Shown: piece after piece, positions 21,613 through 31,506 of the stretch
How the letters are laid out: each line of letters starts with the position of its first letter
How positions within the stretch are numbered: position 1 is the first letter of the stretch
Assembly: GCA_963827655.1 (NCBI GenBank)
Contig: CAWHCF010000007.1
Span: 29,376 to 93,375, forward strand
Source: an uncultured Acidobacteriota bacterium
GTDB lineage: Bacteria; Acidobacteriota; UBA6911
Direction of reading: 5' to 3'
Length of the DNA stretch: 64,000 nucleotides
The notes under the pieces: generated by a model
The model's input: the letters and a program-made list of their open reading frames with translations, nothing else
What the model was told of the DNA's origin: nothing
Databases searched by the model: none
Translations under genes and position numbers: made by a program

Positions 21613-21636
21613 GAAGACGCGAAGAAACGCTAAGAA
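21596..21636. repeat. 8-mer REP-like half element (opposite orientation to 20004)
   Basis: CCACGGAGACACGAAGACGCGAAGAAACGCTAAGA. Confidence 0.7.
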
Positions 21637-21688
21637 CGCTGTCGAAAAACAAGAAAGCGCCGACTCGCGCCGAAGTGGTAAAGAAGGG

Positions 21689-22288
21689 TTAAGCCTGATG
21701 CTCGGGATGGGTACACCCTTTGAACTCTTTGAGGTAGGCGTTTCCCTGGTAGCGTAGATCCTTGTGGATGCCGATTTCCGAAGTATAGTAGCCGTCAATC
21801 GTCAGGTTCTTGATTCTCCGGAAGAAGCTTTCAGCGGCACTTTTGGGTTGGCGCTCATTCTTGCTGATCTCCTTGAGCAGCGCGATCTGCTGCTCCGGAG
21901 TCGCGCTGCGAAAATTTGTCGAGCAGTCACGCTGGCTTTTCTCGTCGATCGCCTTGAGTCCCTCGCGCCAGGCGGCCTTGACCTCGTCGGACGACTCGCT
22001 CACCATCAAGTCTATGAATTCGGGGACACCTGCTTCCTTTGCGCCCGGAGATCGCTCGTCGGTGGGGATGACAAGATCGGAAATGATCGTGATGGTTGCC
22101 AGCTCCTCGGCAGTGAAGAACTTGGGCCGCGATTTCTCGGCCTTTGCCTCCTGAGGCGCGCCGCGGTGCGCATGCTCCCGCGCGAGCGCGGACCTGTCGA
22201 CAATCTGGAGGGTGCCGGCCGTTCCAACACCCACCGCAATTACTTTCAACGCCTGCCGGCGGCTGACGGCATCCTTTTCGTCTGGCAT
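21689..22288 (-). CDS. Gluconate 2-dehydrogenase subunit 3 family protein (Tat-exported)
   Basis: SRRQALK signal; IPTD..SPGAKEAGVPEFID; FF..IKNLTIDGYYTSEIG. Confidence 0.9.
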   Translation of the reverse strand: MPDEKDAVSRRQALKVIAVGVGTAGTLQIVDRSALAREHAHRGAPQEAKAEKSRPKFFTAEELATITIISDLVIPTDERSPGAKEAGVPEFIDLMVSESSDEVKAAWREGLKAIDEKSQRDCSTNFRSATPEQQIALLKEISKNERQPKSAAESFFRRIKNLTIDGYYTSEIGIHKDLRYQGNAYLKEFKGCTHPEHQA

Positions 22289-22346
22289 TTTCCGAATCTC
22301 CGTCGATCAGTAGCGACATTATTGGGTTAACAGGGGGAAAAAGCAA

Positions 22347-22414
22347 GATTGCAGATTGGTCGAAGACCCGGCTGCCAGATCCAATCTGCAATCCGAAATC
22401 CGCAATCCGCAATC
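22347..22414. repeat. 7-mer tandem/inverted repeat (AATCCGC/AATCTGC)
   Basis: 13-bp IR GATTGCAGATTGG / CCAATCTGCAATC followed by AATCCG(A/C) units. Confidence 0.75.
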
Positions 22415-22495
22415 GGATGTGTCTTGATTCAGTTCGGATCCCTGTATTATCGTGTTTCGAAACCGACTCTCACCTTAGAAAGGCGCGAGGTCACA

Positions 22496-24199
22496 GTGGC
22501 ACAAGACAAATCGAAAAAAACTTACGACGCTCTCATTATCGGGTCAGGAGCTTCCGGAGGATTAGCGGCCAAGGAACTGACCGAGCGTGGCTTCGAAGTG
22601 CTCGTGCTCGAAGCCGGACCTCCTGTGGACCCGGCCAGGGATTTTTCGATGCACAGCTGGCCTTACGAAGACATGTATCGCGGCTTCGGTCCGCCGGGCT
22701 GGAAGGAACGCGAACAGTGGATGCAGAACACGGCATCGCACTTCAGCCGTCACTTCTACGTGAACGATACCGAGCATCCCTACACAACCGAACCTGGAAA
22801 ACCGTTTCACTGGATCCGGGCGCGCATTGTCGGCGGGAAGACCCTGCATTGGGGGAGGCTCTCGTGGCGGATCGGCGACATTGACTTCAAGGCGGCCAGC
22901 ACCGACGGCTTCGACGTCGACTGGCCGATCCGCTACGCCGATCTCGAACCCTATTACGATCGCGTCGAGGAGTTCATCGGGGTCGCCGGGAACAGGGATG
23001 GGCTCGAATACCTGCCCGACGGCAAGTTCCTCCCTCCGATGAATCTCACCTGCGGCGAGCAGCTGCTGAAGAAAGGCGCGGAAAAGACCGGACGGAAGGC
23101 GATCGTCGCTCGCGTGTCGATGCTTACGAGACCGCACAAGGGCCGGGCGCCCTGCCACTATTGCGGCCACTGCGGTGAAGGGTGCGATGTCGGCGCGATG
23201 TTCAGTTCCGTGGCTTCGACGCTTCCGGCGGCACAGGCGACCGGCCGGATGACGCTTCGGCCTAATTCAGTGGTGCGGCACATTATTACCGACACAAAAA
23301 CCGGCCTGGCTAAAGGCGTGGCGTTTGTCGATCGAGTCACCTACCAGGAGCAAGAGGCGTTCGCCCGGGTGATTGTCGTCGCTGCTTCAACGCTCGAGTC
23401 CACTCGCATTCTCTTCAATTCGAAAACCCGGCAGCACCCCAACGGGCTCGGCAACTCTTCGGGCGTCCTGGGGCACTATCTGGTGGATCATTGGGGCGGG
23501 ATCGGCGCCTCGGGCTTCTTCCCGGTACTGATGAGCCGCGACCCGAAACCGGAATATTGCGACGGAAAAGCAACCGGGCTCTTCATTCCCCGCTTCGTCA
23601 ACCTCAACAAGGAAACGAAACATCCCGATTTCCTTCGCGGATTCGGCTTCGAGTGCTCTTCGGCTATCGGTCGCTTTCCCGGCGCAGCCCGCAGCGTTCC
23701 CGGCTTCGGTCCTGAATTCAAGAAGCAGGTGCGCCGGTATTACTCCGCGCCGGTCGGGATGACGACGCGCGCCAACATGTTGTCCCGGTTCGAAAACTTC
23801 GTCGAAATCGACCCGGACGGCGTTGTCGATGCCTGGGGGATTCCGGTCATACGAATCCACATTCAGCACTCGGACAACGAGCGCAAGATGGCCAAGTATG
23901 CCGCCGAAACCAGCGAAGAGATCCTGCGCGCGGCGGGCGCCGAGGTCGTCTCGACCGGAGGGGAAATGACGGCGCCGGGAAAAATCATACACGAGCTAGG
24001 CACGGCGCGGATGGGAGATGATCCGAAAAAGTCCGTGCTCAACAAGTTCAACCAGGTGCATGATGTGAAGAACGTGTTCGTGACTGACGGCGCTGCCTTC
24101 GTCAACTCAGCCAACCAGAACCCGACCATCACTATCATGGCGCTCACTACCCGCGCGTGTGACTACATAACCGAAGAACGCAAGCGAGGAAACCTGTGA
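22496..24199 (+). CDS. GMC family oxidoreductase (FAD, Cys cluster)
   Basis: IIGSGASGG, VGGKTLHWG, CHYCGHCGEGC, HELGTARMG and QNPTITIMAL; GTG start after GAGG. Confidence 0.93.
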   Translation: MAQDKSKKTYDALIIGSGASGGLAAKELTERGFEVLVLEAGPPVDPARDFSMHSWPYEDMYRGFGPPGWKEREQWMQNTASHFSRHFYVNDTEHPYTTEPGKPFHWIRARIVGGKTLHWGRLSWRIGDIDFKAASTDGFDVDWPIRYADLEPYYDRVEEFIGVAGNRDGLEYLPDGKFLPPMNLTCGEQLLKKGAEKTGRKAIVARVSMLTRPHKGRAPCHYCGHCGEGCDVGAMFSSVASTLPAAQATGRMTLRPNSVVRHIITDTKTGLAKGVAFVDRVTYQEQEAFARVIVVAASTLESTRILFNSKTRQHPNGLGNSSGVLGHYLVDHWGGIGASGFFPVLMSRDPKPEYCDGKATGLFIPRFVNLNKETKHPDFLRGFGFECSSAIGRFPGAARSVPGFGPEFKKQVRRYYSAPVGMTTRANMLSRFENFVEIDPDGVVDAWGIPVIRIHIQHSDNERKMAKYAAETSEEILRAAGAEVVSTGGEMTAPGKIIHELGTARMGDDPKKSVLNKFNQVHDVKNVFVTDGAAFVNSANQNPTITIMALTTRACDYITEERKRGNL

Positions 24200-24268
24200 G
24201 CCGAGTCTGCTCTGCTACCTGAACGCGAAGGCGCGAAGTGGGTTACCTTGATACGAGGAGACGCTCGA

Positions 24269-24964
24269 ATGTTTAACCAGAAGGAAACGGCCTCTTCCAC
24301 TTCAGCGAAAGATGCGCCTGCGCCTCAACCGTCTCGCAAGCTTTATTCCATGGCCGGCCTCCTGCGCCAGGGCAGGTTCGAGGGTGATTTCAACGCCCAG
24401 GGGGAGAAGTACCGGTTCACGTTCGCGCCGCGGGAGGCGACGATCTCCAACCGGAAGCTGGAACTTTCCGGAAGCCTGAGCGTTCAAGGACCGCGCGGCA
24501 CAACCCGCACGGCGAAAAAAGTTGTGGCGCGGCTGGCGGCTACTCAGGGCGGAATCGGCGGCTCACCGGCTCGCCGCCAGCTCATCACAGGAACCACCGG
24601 GGCTTCCACTGTGTCGACGGCAGACCAGCAGCAGGAGCAGGCCAAAGCTCCCGAGCTTGGCCCAGGGTCGGATAACACACGCGCCACCGCGATCACCTCC
24701 CTGCCAATTACGGAATCGACCGGCCGGCTCGGTTTCGTCGCCGTCCTGTATCTGCGGATGCAGTCGCTCGACGGAACTGCGCTCGGCGTTCCCCTCGACC
24801 TCAAGAACGTTCAGCTCAACGCCCGGCTTGCCCCCGACAACGATCGCGATCGCGACCTCCTCTGGACATACTCCGACCTGGTCGCGGCGCTCGCCGGCGA
24901 GAAACCCGACGGGGCCGAGGCCAAGAAGCTGCTGGCGGAGCTGAATCGAGCGCTCGCCGGTTAG
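24269..24964 (+). CDS. Hypothetical protein
   Basis: GAGGAG RBS, ~231-aa ORF with normal codon usage, no family recognised. Confidence 0.75.
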   Translation: MFNQKETASSTSAKDAPAPQPSRKLYSMAGLLRQGRFEGDFNAQGEKYRFTFAPREATISNRKLELSGSLSVQGPRGTTRTAKKVVARLAATQGGIGGSPARRQLITGTTGASTVSTADQQQEQAKAPELGPGSDNTRATAITSLPITESTGRLGFVAVLYLRMQSLDGTALGVPLDLKNVQLNARLAPDNDRDRDLLWTYSDLVAALAGEKPDGAEAKKLLAELNRALAG

Positions 24965-24973
24965 CTCCTGCTG

Positions 24974-25208
24974 AGGGTTCGCGCAGAAATAAGTTCGCAT
25001 TCTGCTGCAGGCCCCCAGGCCCGCTGGCGAGGCGCGAGCGACGATGCGTACCCGGTGCGGTACGTGAGAAGCGAGCAACAAAGCCAGCGGGCCTGCGGGC
25101 CGCAGCCCGAAGGGGCGCGATCCTGAGCGTGCGCAGCTAACAGAAAGCGGTTCATGATTGACCACCGACTGTCGCGCCAGAATGTGAAGTTATTTCTGCG
25201 CGAGCCCT
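24974..25208. mobile_element. MITE-like element, 235 bp, with 31-bp terminal inverted repeats
   Basis: AGGGTTCGCGCAGAAATAAGTTCGCATTCTG vs reverse complement AGGGCTCGCGCAGAAATAACTTCACATTCTG (28/31 match); no credible ORF. Confidence 0.75.
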
Positions 25209-25758
25209 AAGAATCCAGGATTGCCTCAGCATCGATGGTGATGTCCACCTCGTCGCCGACAACGATTCCACCCCGATCCAGCGTCGCATTCCAACTGACC
25301 CCGAAGTCATGTCGATTGATCTGCGTCGTGGCTACAAAGCCGGCACGAATTTTGGGACCCTTGTCAACGCCATCTTCCCACCAGGGGGTTTGCCACTGCC
25401 CCAGATAGCACACATCCAACTTCACCTGGCGACGAATTCCCCGGATTGTCAGTTCCCCGGTCAGGGTGTAATCATGACTGCCTCGGACCTCGACTTCTCG
25501 GCCCGCGAAAGTGATTTCTGGGTAGGCTTCCACATCCAGGAAGTCCGCGCTCTTAAGATGGTTATCCCGGTCGGGTTCTCCGGTCCAAATTCCCCTGGCG
25601 TCGATGATTAGTTCGACCGAAGCCTGGCGCGGATTCTCCGGATCGAATTCCAGCGTACCGCGGACATTTTTGAAGTGTCCACGGACATACGTGACCATCA
25701 TATGTCGCACACAGAACTCAGCGGCCGTGTGCCCGGGCTCAAAAGTCCATTTCGCCAT
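25207..25758 (-). CDS. YceI family protein
   Basis: W.FEPGHT.AEF.VRHMM...VRG.F, RDNHLKSADFLD and GELTIRG. Confidence 0.92.
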   Translation of the reverse strand: MAKWTFEPGHTAAEFCVRHMMVTYVRGHFKNVRGTLEFDPENPRQASVELIIDARGIWTGEPDRDNHLKSADFLDVEAYPEITFAGREVEVRGSHDYTLTGELTIRGIRRQVKLDVCYLGQWQTPWWEDGVDKGPKIRAGFVATTQINRHDFGVSWNATLDRGGIVVGDEVDITIDAEAILDS

Positions 25759-25912
25759 GGTCGCGCCTCCTTGCGGTTGGTCACGGATCAGTAATTCCTG
25801 AGAGACTTCCGGTCGTTCTTCGCATCCTAATCTCACATATTCACCGCGAAGACTCGAAGACCAGGAAGAAGCCTACGCGGGCCGGCGTCCGAGCGCAAGG
25901 CGAACCCGAGCG

Positions 25913-26917
25913 TCAGGAACCTTGCGGCGAAAGATTCACACGGAGCCCACGCGCCCCCTTGAGCGCCTTCTGGTAAACCGCGACGGCTGCGGCCGCGTCC
26001 TGTAAAGCCGTTCCGGTGCTGTCGAAGATGATGACTTCCTCCTCGGACTCGCGTCCTGGTTTCTGCCCGTCGACTACCTCGCCAAGTTCTGCGTGAACGT
26101 CCCCCTTGCCGACATATCCCCGGATCAGCGCGTGATGAAGTTCACCCATGGTGGCGCACTGTTCCAGGACGTCGACCACCACCTTGGTCGAAGCCAATAG
26201 AGCCGGGTCGAGCTCCTGCTTCTCGGGACTGTCGGCTCCGACCGCTGCCACAAAGGTCCCCGCGGCTACGTATTCCTTTTTCACAAACGGGTGTCTGGAG
26301 GGCGTGCACGTGACACAGATCTGGCTCAGTCCGATCGCCTCAACCGGATCCGCCACAGGCGTCACTTCGACCTGGAGCTCGGTGGAAAGTTCAGCCGCAA
26401 ATTGTTCGGCCTGTTTCCGGTCGGTGTCAAAGGCAAAGATCTTTTCAATAGGGCGCACCCTCTTGAGCGCCCGAGCATGAATCCGGCCCTGGTTTCCGCA
26501 GCCACATATCGTCGCGATCCTCGAGTTCGACCGTGCCAGGTATTTGGCCGCCACGGCCGTCGCCGCTCCGGTCCGTCTTATGGTGATCTCGATAGAGTCC
26601 ATGATCGCCAGCGGATAACCGGTTTCCCCGTCGCACAGCAGAATGACACCTTGAATGTTGGGCAAGCCGAAACGCCCGGAATTCCCGAAGAAGTTCGCGT
26701 TGGCCTTGGCGGCAAAGTAGGTTCTGTCCACGGTTATAAGAGCGGACTTGATGTGGAACATCCCTCCCTCCGACTTTACGTGGACCACATCAGGGAGCGA
26801 TACCTTTCCCTGAGCGCTCAGCCGGAAAGCTTGTTCGACGACCGCGATCGACTCATCGAGGGTCAACAATTCCGCAATTTCATTTCCGTCAAGCAGAAGC
26901 GTGCCTTCGGGTTTCAT
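25913..26917 (-). CDS. Ornithine cyclodeaminase / mu-crystallin family protein
   Basis: RTGAATAVAAKYLAR, GCGNQG, AVGADSPEKQELD and FDSTGTALQD. Confidence 0.92.
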   Translation of the reverse strand: MKPEGTLLLDGNEIAELLTLDESIAVVEQAFRLSAQGKVSLPDVVHVKSEGGMFHIKSALITVDRTYFAAKANANFFGNSGRFGLPNIQGVILLCDGETGYPLAIMDSIEITIRRTGAATAVAAKYLARSNSRIATICGCGNQGRIHARALKRVRPIEKIFAFDTDRKQAEQFAAELSTELQVEVTPVADPVEAIGLSQICVTCTPSRHPFVKKEYVAAGTFVAAVGADSPEKQELDPALLASTKVVVDVLEQCATMGELHHALIRGYVGKGDVHAELGEVVDGQKPGRESEEEVIIFDSTGTALQDAAAAVAVYQKALKGARGLRVNLSPQGS

Positions 26918-27034
26918 CCGGCGTTCTCTCAGGAAGGATTATCAAAATTACAATTGTGATAATATCATCTTGTAAAAATATAGCAACTGTACTATTACTT
27001 AGCCGGTCTGAGACAAGAGAGAGGTGTGGTGGGG

Positions 27035-28003
27035 ATGGGATCCGGAGGACGATGGCTTCTGTTACTCCACCAGATTCCTCCGAAACCGGCCTACCTTCGC
27101 GCCAAGGTGCTTCGCAGACTGAATCAGCTCGGCGCGCTGGCGGTAAAGAACTCCGCCTATATGCTTCCGTCGAATGACGAGACTCTCGAGGATTTCCAGT
27201 GGCTGCGCCGCGAAATCGAAGAACAGGGGGCTGAGGCGTGGCTCTTCGCGACGGATGCCCTCTCGGGGCTCTCCGACCAGTCCATCCGCGAAGCCTTCCG
27301 GGCCCTCCGCGCCCCCGATTACGCCGAGTTGATCGAATCAGGTCACCGGCTGCTGAACGAGATACGAATCAGTCGCGACAGCAGCTCTGCGACCCGCCCG
27401 GAAAACAGCCACGAAGATGAATGGCGCAAAATCAGGCGCCGCCACGCGGAAGTCCGCCGCATTGACTTTTTTGACGCTCCTGGAAGCGAACAAATGGAGG
27501 TTCTGATGAATTCAATCGACCGCATTCTGCATGATTCGTCCAAAGTATCCTTCTCCAAGCCGTCCCTGGCCGAAGTCAAGGGGCGCACCTGGGTGACCCG
27601 GCGTGGAGTCAAGGTCGATCGAATCGCATCGGCCTGGCTTATCCGCCGCTGCATCGACCCGGCGGCCCGGTTTGTGTTTGTCGATCCGGCAAACTACAGC
27701 CACGCCACCGGGGAGATCCGGTTTGACATGTTTGAAGGAGAATTCACGCATGATGGGGATCTGTGCACGTTCGAGGTGCTTCTGGGATGGAGTGCCAATG
27801 ACGATCCGGCGCTCCGCAGGGTCGCAGAGGTGGTTCACGACATAGATCTTAAAGACGGCAAGTACCAGCGCCCTGAGGCGGCCGGGATCGCGTCTGTCAT
27901 CGAGGGCATCGCCCTTCGCCACTCGGATGATTCGCGCCGCCTCGAGGAAGGGGCCACCCTTTTTGAAGCCCTCTACACCCGCGCGCGGACCGAACATCCT
28001 TAG
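27035..28003 (+). CDS. chrB: Chromate resistance protein ChrB (N and C domains)
   Basis: [16 protein letters not shown]..., [34 protein letters not shown] and VHDIDLKD. Confidence 0.9.
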   Translation: MGSGGRWLLLLHQIPPKPAYLRAKVLRRLNQLGALAVKNSAYMLPSNDETLEDFQWLRREIEEQGAEAWLFATDALSGLSDQSIREAFRALRAPDYAELIESGHRLLNEIRISRDSSSATRPENSHEDEWRKIRRRHAEVRRIDFFDAPGSEQMEVLMNSIDRILHDSSKVSFSKPSLAEVKGRTWVTRRGVKVDRIASAWLIRRCIDPAARFVFVDPANYSHATGEIRFDMFEGEFTHDGDLCTFEVLLGWSANDDPALRRVAEVVHDIDLKDGKYQRPEAAGIASVIEGIALRHSDDSRRLEEGATLFEALYTRARTEHP

Positions 28004-28074
28004 CGCCTTTGGGTCTTCGCGGTAGAGGCTCGGCAACCCACTCGCCAGGACGCAAGACGAAAGAGCAAACCGCC

Positions 28075-29451
28075 TTGGATCAACGGAGAGTTTCATTTCG
28101 CGAAGCGCTTCGATTCTGGATCAAGCTGGGATTCATTTCATTTGGCGGACCGGCGGGGCAGATTTCGATCATGCATCGAGAGCTGGTCGAGCGGCGCCGC
28201 TGGCTGAGTGAAGATCGATTTCTTCATGCGCTCAGCTACTGCATGTTGTTGCCCGGTCCTGAAGCTCAACAACTCGCGATTTATATCGGCTGGCTACTGC
28301 ACCGGGTCCCCGGCGGTATCGTGGCCGGATCGCTCTTCGTCATCCCCTCGATCTTCATCCTCCTGGCGCTCTCCTACGCCTACGCGGCCTTCGGCAATCT
28401 TCCCCTGGTAGCCGGCGTGCTGGCCGGCTTCAAGCCGGTCGTAGTCGCCATCATCGTCGAAGCAGTGATCAAGATAGGCAGACGCGCGTTGACCCACGGC
28501 GTGCACTATGCCATGGCCGCCCTCATGTTCATCGCCATGTATAACCAGATTCTTCCATTTCCGATGATCGTGGTGATCGGCGCCGTTACTGGAATCCTTG
28601 GGACGTGGTATCGGCCGAAGCTCTTCAGCGCAGCCTCGGGCAAGTCCGGAGCCGGCAAGGAAAGTTCGAGCCCGGGGAAGGCTGCGAATTCTTCAGTCGT
28701 TTCCGGCACCGGGGGCGCCGTCTTCGCAATCGGGGACGATTCGCCTCCTCCCGGCCACACGCTTCCCTCAGCGGCCCGCTTCTGGCGGACGCTTGGCGCC
28801 GGAATTGTCCTATGGTTGATCCCTTTTTCGTTCCTGATCGCGTGCTTCGGGTGGGAAAGTCTCTTTACTCGGCAATACCGATTCTTCACTCAGGCCGCCC
28901 TGGTCACCTTTGGTGGAGCGTATGCCGTCCTGGCCTACGTCACCCAGATCGCTACGAACGATTTTGGCTGGATTTCATCGACGCAGGCGATGGACGGCCT
29001 GGCGCTGGCGGAGACGACGCCGGGACCGCTGATCATGGTATTGCAGTTCGTTGGCTTCATGGCGGGTTGGAACAATCCCGAGCACACGGCTCGCGTCTGG
29101 AGCGCCACGCTCGGCGCGCTGGTAACCACATACGCAACTTTTCTCCCTTGCTTTATTTTCATCTTCCTGGGGGGTCCCTATGTTGAGGTGTTTCGGGCGC
29201 ACAAGGTCCTGAACGGGGCGCTCGCGGGAATTATGGCATCGGTGGTCGGCGCTATCGCGAATCTGGGGCTGATGTTCGCAGTTGCCGTCATCTGGCCGAA
29301 CGGCCTGGGCGCAGGGACGAACTGGACCGGCATCTCAATGAGCGTTGCGGCTTTTCTGGCGCTTTATCGATTCAAGGCCGATGTCGTCTGGATCATCCTG
29401 GCAGGCGGCGCAATCGGATTGGGACTTGGCGTCTGGGAATCTTCGCGCTAG
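28075..29451 (+). CDS. chrA: Chromate efflux transporter (long-chain CHR)
   Basis: [28 protein letters not shown] and AETTPGPLI; start approximate. Confidence 0.93.
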   Translation: MDQRRVSFREALRFWIKLGFISFGGPAGQISIMHRELVERRRWLSEDRFLHALSYCMLLPGPEAQQLAIYIGWLLHRVPGGIVAGSLFVIPSIFILLALSYAYAAFGNLPLVAGVLAGFKPVVVAIIVEAVIKIGRRALTHGVHYAMAALMFIAMYNQILPFPMIVVIGAVTGILGTWYRPKLFSAASGKSGAGKESSSPGKAANSSVVSGTGGAVFAIGDDSPPPGHTLPSAARFWRTLGAGIVLWLIPFSFLIACFGWESLFTRQYRFFTQAALVTFGGAYAVLAYVTQIATNDFGWISSTQAMDGLALAETTPGPLIMVLQFVGFMAGWNNPEHTARVWSATLGALVTTYATFLPCFIFIFLGGPYVEVFRAHKVLNGALAGIMASVVGAIANLGLMFAVAVIWPNGLGAGTNWTGISMSVAAFLALYRFKADVVWIILAGGAIGLGLGVWESSR

Positions 29452-29487
29452 CGGGATGGTGATGGAAGTGCGCCCGGGAAACCACGC

Positions 29488-30328
29488 TTATTGCTCGGTG
29501 ATTTCCACGTCCAGGTATAGATCGCCCCGATTGCCGCCGGGGCGCTCTTCCCCTTTGCCGCGCAGCCGCAGCTTTGTCCCCGAACGCACGCCGGGGGGGA
29601 TGGTGACGGTGAATTTCTCCACCCCGCTGGTTCGCTCCAGCGTGACTCGTTTGTGCCCGCCTTGCTGCGCCTCCGCCCGCGACAGCGCAAGCGGCAGAAC
29701 GATGTCGTCCCGGGCCTCAGCGGCGGGAGCAAGAACGGGCGGAAGCCCAATCAGCCATTTCCCCAGACGCCTGAGCCCTGCCAGAATTCCCCCTCCAGGG
29801 GGAAGCGCGCGGGTCTGGGCAGCCTCGACCGATGCGCCATTTCGCGCGCCGCGCACCGCCGCGCGAGCCATCTTGAAAACGGTATTAAGAGGAGTAAAAG
29901 GTGTGACCACGAAAATCCCGCCGGTAACCACGGTCCGTCCGCCAAAAAGAGTCCGGTGGAAGTGTTGGCGATCCACTCGCATCCCCATGCGTTCGAACTC
30001 GCGTGTCAACTCGTCGAATACGGCACTCGCCCTCGCATTGGCAAACAGTTCGCGGAAGAGATCCTCACGGTTCTGCTGAAAACCAGCCGGCCCTCCCGCG
30101 TGCCACGCATGATCGTACTGCCGCCGTTTCCCAGGGTCGATCAGAACCGCGTACGCTTCGCTTATTTCCTGGAAACGCTGGGTGGCGTCCGAGACTTCCA
30201 GGATTGCGATCGGGATGCCACCGGATCGCCAACCGTCGGTAGGCTTTCCGGATTTCTTCTTCATTGGCGTCCGGGCGCACGCCCAAGGTCCCATAGTAGT
30301 CTCTGTTGAATCGATCTCGCGCCGGCAT
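29488..30328 (-). CDS. DnaJ/CbpA-like J-domain protein, one frameshift near 30190
   Basis: DYYGTLGV...[16 protein letters not shown] in one frame; [11 protein letters not shown]...[22 protein letters not shown] in the next. Confidence 0.85.
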
Positions 30329-30381
30329 TAACTCACCTGAAACAGGATTTTAACCGAAAAGTAACGGAGGTCCCATGATTA

Positions 30382-31359
30382 TTACCGCAGCGCCAGGACC
30401 GGGTCGGGACCGGCTCCCGCCGCGGTTTTGATCTCGCGCACCACCTTCCGGTCCTTTATCGAGATGACGTAGACGATGTCGATATCCTGAGCGGACGCGA
30501 AGGCGAGCTGCCCGTCCGGAGATATCGACAGCGAGACCGGACTTCCGCCGAGCGATACCTTGCCTAGAACCTTGCGAGTAGCAGCGTCGGCGAACTCCAC
30601 CGCGTTCTCGTGCATAAGAGCAAACACCACCAGGCGGCTGTCAGGCGTGAGCGCGACTCTCACGGGACCCTTGCCGGTCTTGATACGGTCGACGGCCTCC
30701 TTCTTGACCGTATCAATGATCGTGATCTGTTCCGCCTCCCGGTTTACGACATACAAGAGCTGGCCGTCCTTGGAAAGGGCGCTCCCCTCCGGCCGCGTTC
30801 CGGTGGGAATCGGCTTTACGGCGCCGCTGGAAAGGTCGAGAGCGGAAACATTGGAAGAACTGCTGTTGCTTACGAAAGCCCAGCGGCCGTCGCGCGCTAT
30901 CGTTACCATATGGGACGTTTTCCCTTTGGTATCGTAGTTTCCGATGACGGCGCGCTTGGCAGGATCGATTACCAGCAGCTGGTCCGGCAGTTCGCAACTC
31001 ACCAGCAGGTTTCCGGTTTTGCGATCGAGATCGATGCCGTGCGGCCGCCGGTATTTGCCCGTGGAGATCTCTCCGACCTTTTTCCGGCCGAGAACGTCAA
31101 TAATCGAGACCGTGTTGCCGCCGGTCCCCTCCTGTTCGATTTTCATGGTGCCGTTGTCGGTCGTGTATACGTACCGCCCATCGGAAGACAGGACCATTTC
31201 ATGCGGGTGGGCGCCTACCGGCACACTAGCCAGCAGTTTCCCATCGTTCGTGTAGAAACCGAGCGAGCTGCTCCCTTTGTGAAGTATCAGGAGTTCGGCA
31301 TCCTGGGCCTGCAGAGAGACTGCCGCGATCACAAGCGCAAGGAACAATCTGAGCGCCAT
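30382..31359 (-). CDS. Secreted YncE/YVTN-type beta-propeller protein
   Basis: Signal peptide; repeated G..P.G..LS.DG...YV.N blades. Confidence 0.85.
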   Translation of the reverse strand: MALRLFLALVIAAVSLQAQDAELLILHKGSSSLGFYTNDGKLLASVPVGAHPHEMVLSSDGRYVYTTDNGTMKIEQEGTGGNTVSIIDVLGRKKVGEISTGKYRRPHGIDLDRKTGNLLVSCELPDQLLVIDPAKRAVIGNYDTKGKTSHMVTIARDGRWAFVSNSSSSNVSALDLSSGAVKPIPTGTRPEGSALSKDGQLLYVVNREAEQITIIDTVKKEAVDRIKTGKGPVRVALTPDSRLVVFALMHENAVEFADAATRKVLGKVSLGGSPVSLSISPDGQLAFASAQDIDIVYVISIKDRKVVREIKTAAGAGPDPVLALR

Positions 31360-31506
31360 CGATGTGCCTCCATGTGTCAGGCTATGGTTCCCAATTCAGA
31401 GGGGGCAAACCGACCCCGAATCCCCATCCCGGAATTGGGAAAAGCGTAGCCTGACACCTTATCACGCTCGTGGTGGCTTTTGTGTTTTCGTGGTAGATTT
31501 TGATCT

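Noticed and set aside
22349-22495. N-terminal extensions given by the ORF track for GMC (also chrA, yceI, tlpA and the PD40 gene)
   Set aside because: They translate repeat or intergenic DNA (e.g. QSAIRNPQSAI); better downstream starts exist.
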